DNA of 64,000 nucleotides, taken from Candidatus Omnitrophota bacterium. Lineage in GTDB: Bacteria > Omnitrophota > Omnitrophia > Omnitrophales > Aquincolibacteriaceae. The stretch's first letter is position 1. Each line of letters starts with the position of its first letter. The translations under genes and the position numbers were made by a program. Under the pieces are notes generated by a model. It did not search any database. It was not told the DNA's origin and saw only the letters and a program-made list of their open reading frames with translations. Of the stretch, positions 47,474-57,856 are shown piece after piece. The stretch covers positions 163,582 through 227,581 of the forward strand of contig JAKJDL010000001.1 in assembly GCA_022705945.1 (NCBI GenBank), written 5' to 3'.

Positions 47474-49240
47474 TTATGAGCCGGAAACTACCCTGTTCCG
47501 CCCTTGTTCCTTGGCTTTATACAAAGCGGCATCGGCGCGGTGAACCATCGGATCCGGGATATCTTCCCCGGCGCGGAGCGTTGCCACACCGGCGCTGATC
47601 GTGAGCCGGATAAGTTTCCCTTCCCATTCGATTTTCAATTCTTCGACCCTCTTCCTCAGCCGCTCCGCGACATGCACCGAGGCTTCCTTCAGCTCCGCTT
47701 TGCGCAGCATAATGATAAATTCTTCCCCGCCGTAGCGGGCGGCAAAATCAACTTGTGAAAAAGGTCTTTTCTTGCGGATATTACCGATAAGTGTTTGGGC
47801 GACTTTTTTAAGAATCATATCGCCGGCGGGATGCCCATAGGTGTCATTGATGTTTTTAAAACGGTCAATATCGATCAAAATAACCGAAAGCGGCTCTTTG
47901 CGAATGCGTGCTTCGCGAACCACCTGATTCATAATAAGCCGGAAATGACGGATCACATAAAGCCCGGTTAAACCGTCGCGGGTCGCGAGATGGAATAGCG
48001 CGGACCTTTCCTTGACCCCCGAAGCCTGGGCGTAAATCGCTGAAAATATAAAAAGGGAGAGTATCAGCAAAATCCCGGAAACGGGGGAAATCCAGAGGTA
48101 AAGACACTTAAAGATCAGAAAGCACGCGCACAACCAAACAGCCCCGAGAAAGAGTCCCGCCAGAAGAGACCACGGGCCTCGCAAAGCGACAAAGAGAAAT
48201 ACCGCTATCATGCCGAGCGCTATGATCGCAAGTAAATTCAAAAATTTCGGGAAAATACGGATCCGGTTCCCGCTCAAAATCGCATTGGCAACCTGCGCAT
48301 GGACCATAACCGGAGGGCAAATCGTCCCGAACGGCGTGGCCTTGGCCCCGGATCGTGAGACAATCCCCACGAAACAAATTTTATCTTTAACGGCCTCGGG
48401 TGAAACCACGGGGACAACTCCTTTCTGGATCCCGTAGTAACTGTGAATGAGGTCGTGCACGGCAATCTTGGCAAAGGCCTCATCGCCGGATCTTTGAAGC
48501 CACGGAATAAGCAGGTCTCCCCGGTTGTCTCCGAAGTCTTTTAATATCGTCTCGGGGCCGGCGGTCTCCGCCGCCTTTAATGCCAGGTAAGGCATGGTCA
48601 ATGAGCCGTCACTCAAAGAAGGAGAAAACCTTCTCAAAACACCATCCGGATCTTCCTGCAAATACCGGTGCCCGATGGCGCGGGCCCGATCTTCAATCTC
48701 CGGCAGTGAATGCTCCCACATCATTTTCCCCGTGTTTTCTTCCGTCACGACGGGAAATCCGTGGATCCAGAATTTTTTATCTTTTTTGGGTTTCAGCTCG
48801 ACAGGAAGATAAAGCGGCGTCCTGATCTTCCGGAATGCCCGGATAAGATCTTCATCATCTTCCTTCCTTGTTTCCTCCGGGAAATTAAAATCAAAAAAGA
48901 TCCCGGCCGCTCCCCATTGGTCCAGAAGACGGGCCAGAACCGCATGATAGCGCCGAGGCCACGGCCATTTGCCGATCTCGTCAAGGGTTTCTTCGGTGAT
49001 CCCTATTATGACAATTCTCGGGTCCGCTTCCCGGAGCCCTCCGTGACGATGGAAAACATCAAGAGCCATATTCTCGATGCGGCTTAAGGACCCTATCCAG
49101 AAAAAAAACGAAAAACAACCGATGATTGCGGCATAGATCCCGACCCTGACCCAATCGATGTAACGGCGGACGCGGGTTCTCGTGAAAAGTTTTTCTGTCG
49201 TATCGATGGGCTCTTGTTTGGTCATCGCGTTATTTCCCAA
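47474..49240 (-). CDS. CHASE2 sensor / GGDEF diguanylate cyclase
   Basis: It has a periplasmic CHASE2-like domain between TM segments and a C-terminal GGDEF domain (RYGGEEF). Confidence 0.85.
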   Translation of the reverse strand: MGNNAMTKQEPIDTTEKLFTRTRVRRYIDWVRVGIYAAIIGCFSFFFWIGSLSRIENMALDVFHRHGGLREADPRIVIIGITEETLDEIGKWPWPRRYHAVLARLLDQWGAAGIFFDFNFPEETRKEDDEDLIRAFRKIRTPLYLPVELKPKKDKKFWIHGFPVVTEENTGKMMWEHSLPEIEDRARAIGHRYLQEDPDGVLRRFSPSLSDGSLTMPYLALKAAETAGPETILKDFGDNRGDLLIPWLQRSGDEAFAKIAVHDLIHSYYGIQKGVVPVVSPEAVKDKICFVGIVSRSGAKATPFGTICPPVMVHAQVANAILSGNRIRIFPKFLNLLAIIALGMIAVFLFVALRGPWSLLAGLFLGAVWLCACFLIFKCLYLWISPVSGILLILSLFIFSAIYAQASGVKERSALFHLATRDGLTGLYVIRHFRLIMNQVVREARIRKEPLSVILIDIDRFKNINDTYGHPAGDMILKKVAQTLIGNIRKKRPFSQVDFAARYGGEEFIIMLRKAELKEASVHVAERLRKRVEELKIEWEGKLIRLTISAGVATLRAGEDIPDPMVHRADAALYKAKEQGRNRVVSGS

Positions 49241-50621
49241 TGCAAAATTCGGAAAAGATCCTGTCCAGCAATTCTTCGGAGTAAACTTCCCCCGTCAATT
49301 CTTTCATCACGTCCAAAGCCTCGCGAAGCTCCACTGTGACAAATTCCAAAGGCGTTTTTTCCCGGAAAGCTTTTTCGGCTTTTTCGAGAGAGCGCAGCGC
49401 CTTTTCAAGGATATCCTTATGCCGCAGTCTGGTGATCTGTTCCCCTTCTTCGCCGGTCTCCTTCTCGAGAAACCTTGAAATGCCCCGCTCAAGCTCCTTC
49501 AAACCTTCCCTTGTTTGAGCCGAAACACGGATCAGAGCGGCTCCGCGGGTCATTAAGGCCAATTCAGGTTCCTCTAACTTCATCGGCAGATCCGCTTTAT
49601 TAATCAAGACGATAAACGGTTTTCCCTCGGGAATCTTTTTAAAAACATGCCGGTCGGCATCATCCAACGGACACGACCCGTCAACCACAAAAAGAAGAAG
49701 GTGGCTGTCCTGAACGGCCCGGAGTGTCCGGATCATCCCAAGCTTGTCGAGAGGATGCTCCGCCGTCGAGATAAGTCCTGCCGTATCCCGGACCCTGAGG
49801 TAGAATCCGCCGATCTCAAGCGGTTCTTCAAGGTGATCCCGGGTCGTATGAGGAATATCGGAAACAAGGGCACGGTCTCTTTCAAGGAGCGCATTAAAGA
49901 GGGAGGATTTCCCGGCGTTCGGTTTCCCGATGATTGACACAAGCACCCCTTCGCGAATCCGCTGATTACGCTCGAATCCGTCCAAAAGTGTCCGCATATT
50001 CTCTTTAAGATCCGTAAACTGTGCAAGCATTCCGTCGTTCACATCGACCTCAAGATCTTCTTCGGGGAAATCAATATAAGCTTCCATGTGCGCAAGAAGT
50101 TTCATCGCGGAATCTTTTAACTTCCTGAATCTTTGGGAAAGCCGCCCTTCAAGTTGACGCACGGCAAGCTCAAGTGATCGGCTGCTTTTGGCGCGAATCA
50201 GGTCGAGAACGGCCTCGGCCTGCGCAAGGTCGATCTTACCGGCCAAAAAAGCGCGGCGTGTAAATTCTCCCGGTTCGGCGTGTCTCGCACCGTTCCCGAG
50301 AAAAAGTCCGAGGATGCGTTTCGTGACCGCGAGCCCCCCGTGACAGCTGACCTCAAGCACATCCTGCCCCGTATAGGAATTCGGAGCCCGGAAAACGCTG
50401 ACGAGCACCTGGTCGATCACCTGCCCGCTCGAGTCCCTGATCTTGCCCCAGTGGATCGTATTGGGAAGGAAAGAATCGACCGTTTCTTTTGACGAGGATG
50501 CAAAAAAAGGGCGCAGGCAATCGCATACACCCGGCCCGCTCAAGCGGACCACGGAAATACCGCCTTCTCCTATCGGGGTCGCGATCGCCGCAATGGTATC
50601 GTCAAGTTCGAATTTGGGCAT
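49230..50621 (-). CDS. mnmE: tRNA modification GTPase MnmE
   Basis: It has a G domain (GKPNAGKSSLFNAL), and a C-terminal CIGK. Confidence 0.9.
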   Translation of the reverse strand: MPKFELDDTIAAIATPIGEGGISVVRLSGPGVCDCLRPFFASSSKETVDSFLPNTIHWGKIRDSSGQVIDQVLVSVFRAPNSYTGQDVLEVSCHGGLAVTKRILGLFLGNGARHAEPGEFTRRAFLAGKIDLAQAEAVLDLIRAKSSRSLELAVRQLEGRLSQRFRKLKDSAMKLLAHMEAYIDFPEEDLEVDVNDGMLAQFTDLKENMRTLLDGFERNQRIREGVLVSIIGKPNAGKSSLFNALLERDRALVSDIPHTTRDHLEEPLEIGGFYLRVRDTAGLISTAEHPLDKLGMIRTLRAVQDSHLLLFVVDGSCPLDDADRHVFKKIPEGKPFIVLINKADLPMKLEEPELALMTRGAALIRVSAQTREGLKELERGISRFLEKETGEEGEQITRLRHKDILEKALRSLEKAEKAFREKTPLEFVTVELREALDVMKELTGEVYSEELLDRIFSEFCIGK

Positions 50622-50739
50622 TTTAAAAATCAGGGCTTCTGGACCGGAAACCGGGGGACGGTTTCACAAGTGTTTCCGATCCCGATGTTTCCGATGGTTG
50701 GAAAACAGAAAAATGATTTATGGAATCGCTTCCGGCTCC

Positions 50740-52062
50740 TCATTTGGTTCCTTGTTTTGAAATGTTGCGAGTCCTGAATTTCAGAATTTTTCTCGCTTCT
50801 CCCACCAGATAAAATGAACCTGTCACCAAAACCAGGTCTCCGGGATCGCTTATTTCTTCAACCAAACAAAAAGCCTCGCCGACATTTTGCGCGGGAATAG
50901 TAACTTTGAAAAGATCTTTCGCTTCCTCGGCCAGAAGCCTGATTGCTTTTGCCCGGCCGCATTGAACTCCGGTGAGAATAATTTTGTCAAAAACGCAGCT
51001 CAAAACCCGGAGCATCGTCCCGGAATCTTTATCCTGCATGGCCCCGAAAACAAGCCATTTCCGGGAACGCCGGAAGCGTGAACGCCCGTCCGATCCTTGT
51101 CCCGGGAGGTGAGAAGCCGGGCGAAACGTTTTGACAAGCCGACCGATTGAAACCGGATTGTGAGCGCCGTCCAAAACAAAGGTGCGTCTCCATTTTGAAA
51201 AACATTCCAGCCTTCCCGGCCAGTTTTTGCCGGATAGCGCCCCGGAATAACTCCGCGGATCAATTCTGAAATCAAATTCACTCCTGAGAATTTCGGCCGC
51301 CCTAACCGCCGCCCCGGCATTGATATCCTGAAAATCCCCGGGAAGTCCGCGCCGCCTGTTCCGGAAAATACCGGCCCGGATCAAACGGGCGTCATTGTCC
51401 CGAACGACTTTTTTGATTACTCTCGCCGCTTCGGAAGTTTGACGGACCGTAACGACAAAACTCCCTTTTTTAATGATCCCGGCTTTTTCCCGGGCAATCT
51501 TCGCGATCGTGTTCCCCAGAAAATGGGTGTGATCAAAATGGATCGGCGTCAAAATAACGAGCGGGGCATTCAAAACATTGGTCGCATCAAGTCTTCCGCC
51601 GAGACCTATTTCAAAAATTCCGATTTCCCGGCCCGTTTCCGAAAAGACCAAGATCGCAAGAAAGGTCATAATCTCAAAATAGGTCAGGCGTCCGAGCTTC
51701 GCGGGCAGGGGATGTTTCGCGAGCAACGCCTTGATCCGGGTCAGCCCCCGCGCCCATAAAATCTTCGGGGCCTTGGCCCCGTCCAGGCGGACCCTTTCAC
51801 GGATATCTTCAACGTGCGGAGAATGATAATAGCCCACGGGAATGCGGTTCTCCCTCAAAATGGACTCCAGAAAAAATCCCGTAGAACCCTTTCCGGTCGT
51901 TCCGGCAATTAATACGGGGATGAATTTTTTATCGGGAAAACCGGCGATCCGGAGAAGGTGTTCCATCCGCCTGAGATTAAAGAACGAGTTTTGCGGGAAT
52001 TGACTCAGTTTTTCGAGGTTTAAAAAGGAGTCGAGGTAGCCGAGAGCCTGTGAGTAATTCAT
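50740..52062 (-). CDS. folC: Folylpolyglutamate synthase / dihydrofolate synthase (Mur ligase family)
   Basis: It has a P-loop (GTTGKGST) and Mur ligase middle and C-terminal domains. Confidence 0.8.
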   Translation of the reverse strand: MNYSQALGYLDSFLNLEKLSQFPQNSFFNLRRMEHLLRIAGFPDKKFIPVLIAGTTGKGSTGFFLESILRENRIPVGYYHSPHVEDIRERVRLDGAKAPKILWARGLTRIKALLAKHPLPAKLGRLTYFEIMTFLAILVFSETGREIGIFEIGLGGRLDATNVLNAPLVILTPIHFDHTHFLGNTIAKIAREKAGIIKKGSFVVTVRQTSEAARVIKKVVRDNDARLIRAGIFRNRRRGLPGDFQDINAGAAVRAAEILRSEFDFRIDPRSYSGALSGKNWPGRLECFSKWRRTFVLDGAHNPVSIGRLVKTFRPASHLPGQGSDGRSRFRRSRKWLVFGAMQDKDSGTMLRVLSCVFDKIILTGVQCGRAKAIRLLAEEAKDLFKVTIPAQNVGEAFCLVEEISDPGDLVLVTGSFYLVGEARKILKFRTRNISKQGTK

Positions 52063-52146
52063 CTTAAATCAGGAAGGCGGATGGAGGACAGCGAAAAACC
52101 GAATCTAACGCCGTCCGCCATCCCGTTAGCTCCATCCGATATCCGG

Positions 52147-53721
52147 TCAGTGGCGGAAATGTCTTTCTTTTGTAAACGCCATCGCGATCCCGGCCGCGTC
52201 GCAGGCAGCAATAACTTCGGCGTCTTTGATAGAGCCGCCGGGCTGAATCACCGCCTTGATTTTGTGCTTCGCGGCCACTTCGATCGAATCCGGCATCGGG
52301 AAGAACGCATCGGAACCGACATAACAGCCTTCGGCAAGATACCCCGCCTTGGCTAGAGCAATCTGCATCGAGTCCACTCGGGACATCTGTCCCGCGCCGA
52401 TGCCGACCGTGCGTTTCCCCTGCGTCAAGACGATGGCGTTCGACTTGACAACTTTCGCGCACTGGAACGCGAAAATCAGCTCGTCGATCTCCGCGGCGGA
52501 CAGTTTTGTTTTTGTCACCAGTTTGAGGTTTTTTTTGAGTTCCTTCATATGCAGGCGGATCGGCCTGTTCTTTTCCTGAACCAGGACGCCGCTTCTCAGG
52601 AACTTGAATTCGTAAGGATATTCATCCCGGAAACGGTCCACTTCAATAAGCCGGAGGTTCTTGCGCGCCATGAGGAGTTTGAGAGCTCCCGCTTTGAAAG
52701 AAGGAGCCACAAGCACCTCGAAGAATCCGAGTTTTTCGAGGATCTTCCGGGCTGTTTTCACGTCACACGGGCGATTCAGCCCCACGATCCCGCCGAAAGC
52801 GGAAAGCGGATCCGAATCGATCGCCCCTTCCACCGCTTCGGCAAGGTCGTCGTCGGAGGCGATACCGCAGGGGTTATTGTGTTTGATCACGCAAGCCGCG
52901 GGCGCATCGAACTCGGCAAGCACATCAAGCGTCGCCTCGATATCAAGCAGGTTATTGTAGGAAAGTTCCTTTCCGTGAAGCTGTCTCCAGGCTGCCGAGG
53001 CTTTACGCGTCGCGTAGGAATAAAAAGCGGCTTTCTGATGCGGGTTTTCCCCATAACGGAGGTCTTGCGTCTTTTTAAAATGGGAAACAAAACCGGCGGG
53101 AAGATGCCCTGCATCGCTTTTCTTTTGATGCGTCGCAAGATACTGGCTGATCACGGCATCATAGGCGGAAGTCCGTTCGAAAACTTTGCGGGAAAGTTCC
53201 TGCCGGAGTTCGGAAGTCACCGCTCCTTTGTTCGCTTCCATTTCCGCAGTCACGCGCTCATAATCGGCCGGGTCGGTTACTACCGCGACGGATTCGCTGT
53301 TCTTGGCCGCCGAGCGGAGCATGGAAGGGCCTCCGATATCAATGAATTCAACGGCCTCATGGAGCGCGAGACTTCCCTTCGCGGTCGCCGCCTCAAAGGG
53401 ATAAAGGTTTACGACCACAAGATCGATCGGCTGAATGCCGTATTTTTTTGCCTGTTCGCGATGGCTTTTTTTCGAACGCAAATAAAGAAGCCCTCCGTGG
53501 ATCTTGGGATGAAGCGTCTTTACGCGGCCGTCAAGCATCTCGGGAAATCCCGTGAAGTCATCAACGGCCCCGGCCGGGATTTTCGCATCTTTCAAAGCCT
53601 TGAGGGTGCCGCCGGTGGAAAGGATCTCGACCTTGTGTTTATGGAGCGTTTTCGCGAATGGAATAAGGCCGTTCTTGTCTGAAACGCTGATAAGCGCGCG
53701 ACGTATCACTTTTTTAGACAT
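52147..53721 (-). CDS. purH: Bifunctional AICAR transformylase / IMP cyclohydrolase
   Basis: It has an MGS-like N-terminal domain (ALISVSDKNGL...STGGT) and an AICARFT domain. Confidence 0.9.
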   Translation of the reverse strand: MSKKVIRRALISVSDKNGLIPFAKTLHKHKVEILSTGGTLKALKDAKIPAGAVDDFTGFPEMLDGRVKTLHPKIHGGLLYLRSKKSHREQAKKYGIQPIDLVVVNLYPFEAATAKGSLALHEAVEFIDIGGPSMLRSAAKNSESVAVVTDPADYERVTAEMEANKGAVTSELRQELSRKVFERTSAYDAVISQYLATHQKKSDAGHLPAGFVSHFKKTQDLRYGENPHQKAAFYSYATRKASAAWRQLHGKELSYNNLLDIEATLDVLAEFDAPAACVIKHNNPCGIASDDDLAEAVEGAIDSDPLSAFGGIVGLNRPCDVKTARKILEKLGFFEVLVAPSFKAGALKLLMARKNLRLIEVDRFRDEYPYEFKFLRSGVLVQEKNRPIRLHMKELKKNLKLVTKTKLSAAEIDELIFAFQCAKVVKSNAIVLTQGKRTVGIGAGQMSRVDSMQIALAKAGYLAEGCYVGSDAFFPMPDSIEVAAKHKIKAVIQPGGSIKDAEVIAACDAAGIAMAFTKERHFRH

Positions 53722-54365
53722 AGTTCCCTGACTCTCCTCTTGTAAAGGTTGTGAAGTCCCCTGGTGACCGGACCGGGGATCTTCTTCCCGACCGCACGTC
53801 CGTCCAGCTCTCGCACGGGAAGAATCTCCCAGGATGTGTTGGTAAGGAACGCTTCAGCCGCGTTAAAAAAATCGTGCCGCGTAAGGATTGATACCCGGAC
53901 TTTGAACCCCGAATCGAGGGCGCATTTTATCACAAAGCGGCGGGTCACTCCATTCAAGATTAGATGTTCCGGCGGAGTCAAGAGCTCTGCTTTTCCCCCA
54001 AGATTTCCCCGGTTTCTCGAGCGGGCATCCTTTCCAGACTCCTTAAAATCGGGAAGGTATCGGACAAGAAAAAAATTGGCGGTCCGCGTTTCGGTCAGAT
54101 AATTTCCCCGGTCGAGAGAGATTCTGTCAAAGGCTTCGACCGGGCCCGGCTCCGTACTTGCCAATACGGCCTGCTGATAAGAAGATGTTTTTGACTGATA
54201 GGGAAAAGCGTTCCCGCTTCCGCGCGGGAAAGAAGATGTCTTGAGGATAACACCTGTTTCATAAAGTTTTTCCGGAATTTCCCGGCTGCCAATAATGGCG
54301 AATATCTCGGGTATCCCACAAACCCTCCCGAAAAAACGAGAAGGGAGAATCGGGCTTCCGGTCAA
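53706..54365 (-). CDS. Class IV aminotransferase-like protein (PabC/ADC lyase-like), lacking ~60 N-terminal residues in this frame
   Basis: It has ILKTSSFPRGSGNAFPY (compare E. coli PabC VVISRGSGGRGYS), a catalytic-Lys region SKTSSY, and a C-terminal EAFLTNTSWEILPV. The start is TTG. Confidence 0.5.
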   Translation of the reverse strand: MTGSPILPSRFFGRVCGIPEIFAIIGSREIPEKLYETGVILKTSSFPRGSGNAFPYQSKTSSYQQAVLASTEPGPVEAFDRISLDRGNYLTETRTANFFLVRYLPDFKESGKDARSRNRGNLGGKAELLTPPEHLILNGVTRRFVIKCALDSGFKVRVSILTRHDFFNAAEAFLTNTSWEILPVRELDGRAVGKKIPGPVTRGLHNLYKRRVRELCLKK

Positions 54366-54719
54366 GTTTGCAAGAAAAGGATCGGGGCTCTTTCTTTTGT
54401 TCCTTTTTTAACAATCCTCTGAAAGTCTCAAAAAAAACGGCCGGCATAATATTCCTCTCTTTTGTCGCTCAATACTTCAAGATGGGATCCGCAAAGACGG
54501 ATCTCAAGCGACGGGGTCATTTCGATATAAGAATACCTTTGGTCGGGAGGCGCGTATCGGGGGCTATCAAGAAAAAAACAGACTTCGGACAATCGGTAGA
54601 CGTTTTGAAAAACCTCCCATGGTTTCCCGGGAAGAATCAACAGCTTCAGGCTTAAAAGACATCGGCGGAGGTCCGGGCCGGCTTCCTTTGGCCCGCTTCG
54701 GTGCGCAGATAAAGAAGAT

Positions 54720-56057
54720 TTATTCTTCGTGCGAGTAAAAAATAAGCCCGCTTGCGAGTTTGGGATAGAAATAAGTCGATTTCTGAGGCATGCGTTCGTT
54801 GACCGCCCCCATTTTTTCGAGCATTTCGACTTTGGGCGGTTTCAGGAAAAAAGCAGCCTGCGCCGTCCCTTTTTGGACGGGTTCGACCGCGCCTCCGACG
54901 GTATGTTCGAATTTAAGGATCGACTCCCACCGCGCTTCGGGAATCCCGAAGATCTTGCTGAAAATCAGATGACCGAGAATATTCACATTAAGGTCATACC
55001 AAATATCCGGTTTCTGCTGGGCAATGCATGCTTTGGTTTTTTCCTTGTCGATCATTTTCAGGATAAACGCTTTTTCATCACGAAGCATCAACCCGTAGGT
55101 CGTTCCCCCGTCGTCATACCCGGCCGTGATTTTTTCGAGTCCGGCAACCGTCGAAGGTTCCACTTTAAAGAACTCCTGAAGCTTGCGGATAGCCGTCCGG
55201 TCGTCCATACCGAGATCCGAAACGATCCGGTGCGTGGGAAGCACGATAAATCCGGGATCATCAAAACTGACCAGGGCCATGTAGATATAGTCGTAGGGCA
55301 TAATCACTTTTTCCGAGACGCCCGATTCAAGCCGTGTTTGTTTCGCGTATTCGAGAGACGTTTCGTAGCGATGATGGCCGTCGGCGATATAGATTTTCTT
55401 CGGTAGCATGACCTTATGCAGCCTGGTCACGATATCGGGATCCGAAACGGCCAAAAGACTGTGGACGATCCCGTCGTCATCTGTCGCCTGAAAAATCGAC
55501 CTTGAATTGAGCGGATCCTGAATAATTCCGCGAACTTCAAAACCCTCGTCTCTGTAAAGACCGAAGATCGGCGAGAGGTTCGTTTTGACCATCCGGATCA
55601 GTTTCATGCGGTCTTCCTTCGGCCCGCGGAGTGTTTTTTCATGAGGAACAATCACACCGTTTTCGAAGGGTTGAAGCCGGACGCGTCCCAAAAGGGCGCT
55701 CCGGTTCTTGGTTTGTCCGCTTACGGGGTCTTTGAACGTCTGACGATAGACATAAAAACAGGGCTCCTCCTCCCGGATCAGGACACCGCTTCGTTGCCAG
55801 TCATTCAGAAAATTACGGGCCCGGACATATCCGTTATTCTGATCGTTGTCAGCAGCTTCCTTTTTGTTGAGAATTAAACGGATGACGTTGTAGGGAGAGC
55901 GATCATAGAAACCCTGCTGTTTCTCCGGAGAGATCACGTCATAAGGAGGAGCGATAACATCCGAAATAACAAGCTTGTCCGTATTGTAGCGCCAGGCACG
56001 GAGAGGCTGACAGTCGAAAACCTGTCTGGATTTGATATCAGAAGCGGATGAGTTCAT
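54720..56057 (-). CDS. DUF1015-family protein
   Basis: It has IAPPYDVIS and YIADGHHRYETS, the characteristic DUF1015 pattern. Confidence 0.7.
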   Translation of the reverse strand: MNSSASDIKSRQVFDCQPLRAWRYNTDKLVISDVIAPPYDVISPEKQQGFYDRSPYNVIRLILNKKEAADNDQNNGYVRARNFLNDWQRSGVLIREEEPCFYVYRQTFKDPVSGQTKNRSALLGRVRLQPFENGVIVPHEKTLRGPKEDRMKLIRMVKTNLSPIFGLYRDEGFEVRGIIQDPLNSRSIFQATDDDGIVHSLLAVSDPDIVTRLHKVMLPKKIYIADGHHRYETSLEYAKQTRLESGVSEKVIMPYDYIYMALVSFDDPGFIVLPTHRIVSDLGMDDRTAIRKLQEFFKVEPSTVAGLEKITAGYDDGGTTYGLMLRDEKAFILKMIDKEKTKACIAQQKPDIWYDLNVNILGHLIFSKIFGIPEARWESILKFEHTVGGAVEPVQKGTAQAAFFLKPPKVEMLEKMGAVNERMPQKSTYFYPKLASGLIFYSHEE

Positions 56058-56178
56058 AGGGCGGGGATGTTAGCACAGGGTGCATTGTTTGACAAGAAAA
56101 CAACTCATAACCCGGGGTTCGCCGCGGACAGAAACCGGAGTGGGTCCCGACGAGCCGGTAACGAGTCCCTGTTTTTTG

Positions 56179-56499
56179 TTATTTCACTTTCGCCCCGTCC
56201 GCAATGGGACGGTCGGGAATCACCAGGGCAAGCATGCTCTCGTTTGAAGCTGCCAGAAGCATCCCGTTAGACTCAACCCCGCGGATAACGGCAGGTTCGA
56301 GATTATCCACAATCACAATCTTTTTACCTTTCAGATTTTCCTCGGTGTAATGGGCGCGGATACCCGCAACGATCGTTTTCTTGACCTCTCCGACCTTGAT
56401 ACCAAGCACATAAAGCCTGTCAGCGTTAGGATGGGGCTCTACCGTTTCGATTTCCGCAATTTTAAGTTCAAGTTTCTGAAAATCCTCGTAAGTGGCCAT
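56179..56499 (-). CDS. tRNA-binding protein (CsaA/YgjH-like, Myf domain)
   Basis: The signature runs DFQKLELKIAEIETVEPHPNADRLYVL...GVESNGMLLA. AAAGGAG lies 5 nt upstream of the ATG at 56499. Confidence 0.8.
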   Translation of the reverse strand: MATYEDFQKLELKIAEIETVEPHPNADRLYVLGIKVGEVKKTIVAGIRAHYTEENLKGKKIVIVDNLEPAVIRGVESNGMLLAASNESMLALVIPDRPIADGAKVK

Positions 56500-56730
56500 T
56501 TCAGCTCCTTTTCGATCAATTTTTTCAAAAAACGGGGTCATTCTAACATGAGAAGTCCGCGATTTATTATAACAATTTTTTATGTTATCGGACGTTGTGG
56601 CTGTAACTTCCTATATAATATGACGTTAGAAAGATATCCTTTTTCTTGATTTTGAGACACCCGGTGATATCATTGTGTCCTGCCTTTAAAGTCAGTTTTC
56701 TATCCACACATTCAGGAGGACTTAAAATTC

Positions 56731-57849
56731 ATGGGAAAAATCAAGATTGCAATTGTCGGATGCGGTAACTGTGCGGCTTCCCTTCTTGAGGGGTTGGAGT
56801 ATTATCGCCGTATCGCCGCCGAAAAAAAGGCCGGAAAGAAAAAAGAGATTGAATGCTTCGGCCTAATGAATTATGAAATGGGCGGCTATTTCCCCAATGA
56901 TATCGAGGTCGTCGCGGCTTTTGATGTCGATGAGCGCAAGGTCGGCCAGCGGCTCGATCTCGCTTTGAGGGCAAAGCCCAACTGCATCCTGAAGATGTGC
57001 GATATCGCCAAAAGCAAGGTCCGGGTCGAGATGGGTACAGTGCTGGACGGCGTCTCCGAGCATATGGCAAACTATCCCGCCGACAAGACTTTTGTTGTCG
57101 CCAACAAGAAACCCGCGAACGTCGAAAAGGTCCTGAAAGAAAGCGGCGCGGAAATTCTCATGAACTACCTCCCCGTCGGCTCCCAGAAAGCCACCGAGTT
57201 CTACGCTGAGGCTTGTTTAAAAACCGGAGTCAGTCTCATCAACTGCATGCCGGTCTTTATCGTTTCCAACCCCGCATGGGCAAAACGTTTTGAAGCCAGG
57301 CGCATCCCATGCGTCGGGGACGACATCAAGGCCCAGATCGGCGCAACGATTACACACCGCACTCTCGCTAAACTTTTCAGCGAGCGCGGCGTCAAGATCG
57401 ACCGGACTTACCAGCTGAACACGGGCGGCAACACGGACTTCCTGAACATGCTGAACCGCGCCCGCCTTGAATCGAAAAAGATCTCGAAAACATCCGCGGT
57501 GCAGAGCCAGCTCGATATTCCGCTCGATGCCAATGACATTCATATCGGTCCTTCGGATTATGTTGCGTGGCAAAACGATAACAAGGTCTGTTACCTTCGC
57601 ATCGAGGGCCGCGGGTTCGCGGGATTCCCCGTCACACTGGAGTGCCGCCTTTCGGTGGAAGATTCGCCCAACAGCGCAGGTTGCACGATCGATGCGATCC
57701 GTGCCTGCAGGATCGCCCGCGATCGCAAAATCGGCGGACCGCTGATCTCCATGTCGGCCTACACTATGAAACACCCGCCGAAACAGCTCGTGGATTACGA
57801 AGCGCGGGAACTTGTCCGGAAATTTATCCAGGGCACCTGCCCGAGATAG
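56731..57849 (+). CDS. myo-Inositol-3-phosphate synthase (bacterial/archaeal type)
   Basis: It has IKIAIVGCGNCAASLLEG (NAD-binding) and QLNTGGNTDF. AGGAGG lies 8 nt before the ATG. Confidence 0.8.
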   Translation: MGKIKIAIVGCGNCAASLLEGLEYYRRIAAEKKAGKKKEIECFGLMNYEMGGYFPNDIEVVAAFDVDERKVGQRLDLALRAKPNCILKMCDIAKSKVRVEMGTVLDGVSEHMANYPADKTFVVANKKPANVEKVLKESGAEILMNYLPVGSQKATEFYAEACLKTGVSLINCMPVFIVSNPAWAKRFEARRIPCVGDDIKAQIGATITHRTLAKLFSERGVKIDRTYQLNTGGNTDFLNMLNRARLESKKISKTSAVQSQLDIPLDANDIHIGPSDYVAWQNDNKVCYLRIEGRGFAGFPVTLECRLSVEDSPNSAGCTIDAIRACRIARDRKIGGPLISMSAYTMKHPPKQLVDYEARELVRKFIQGTCPR

Positions 57850-57856
57850 ATCTGCC

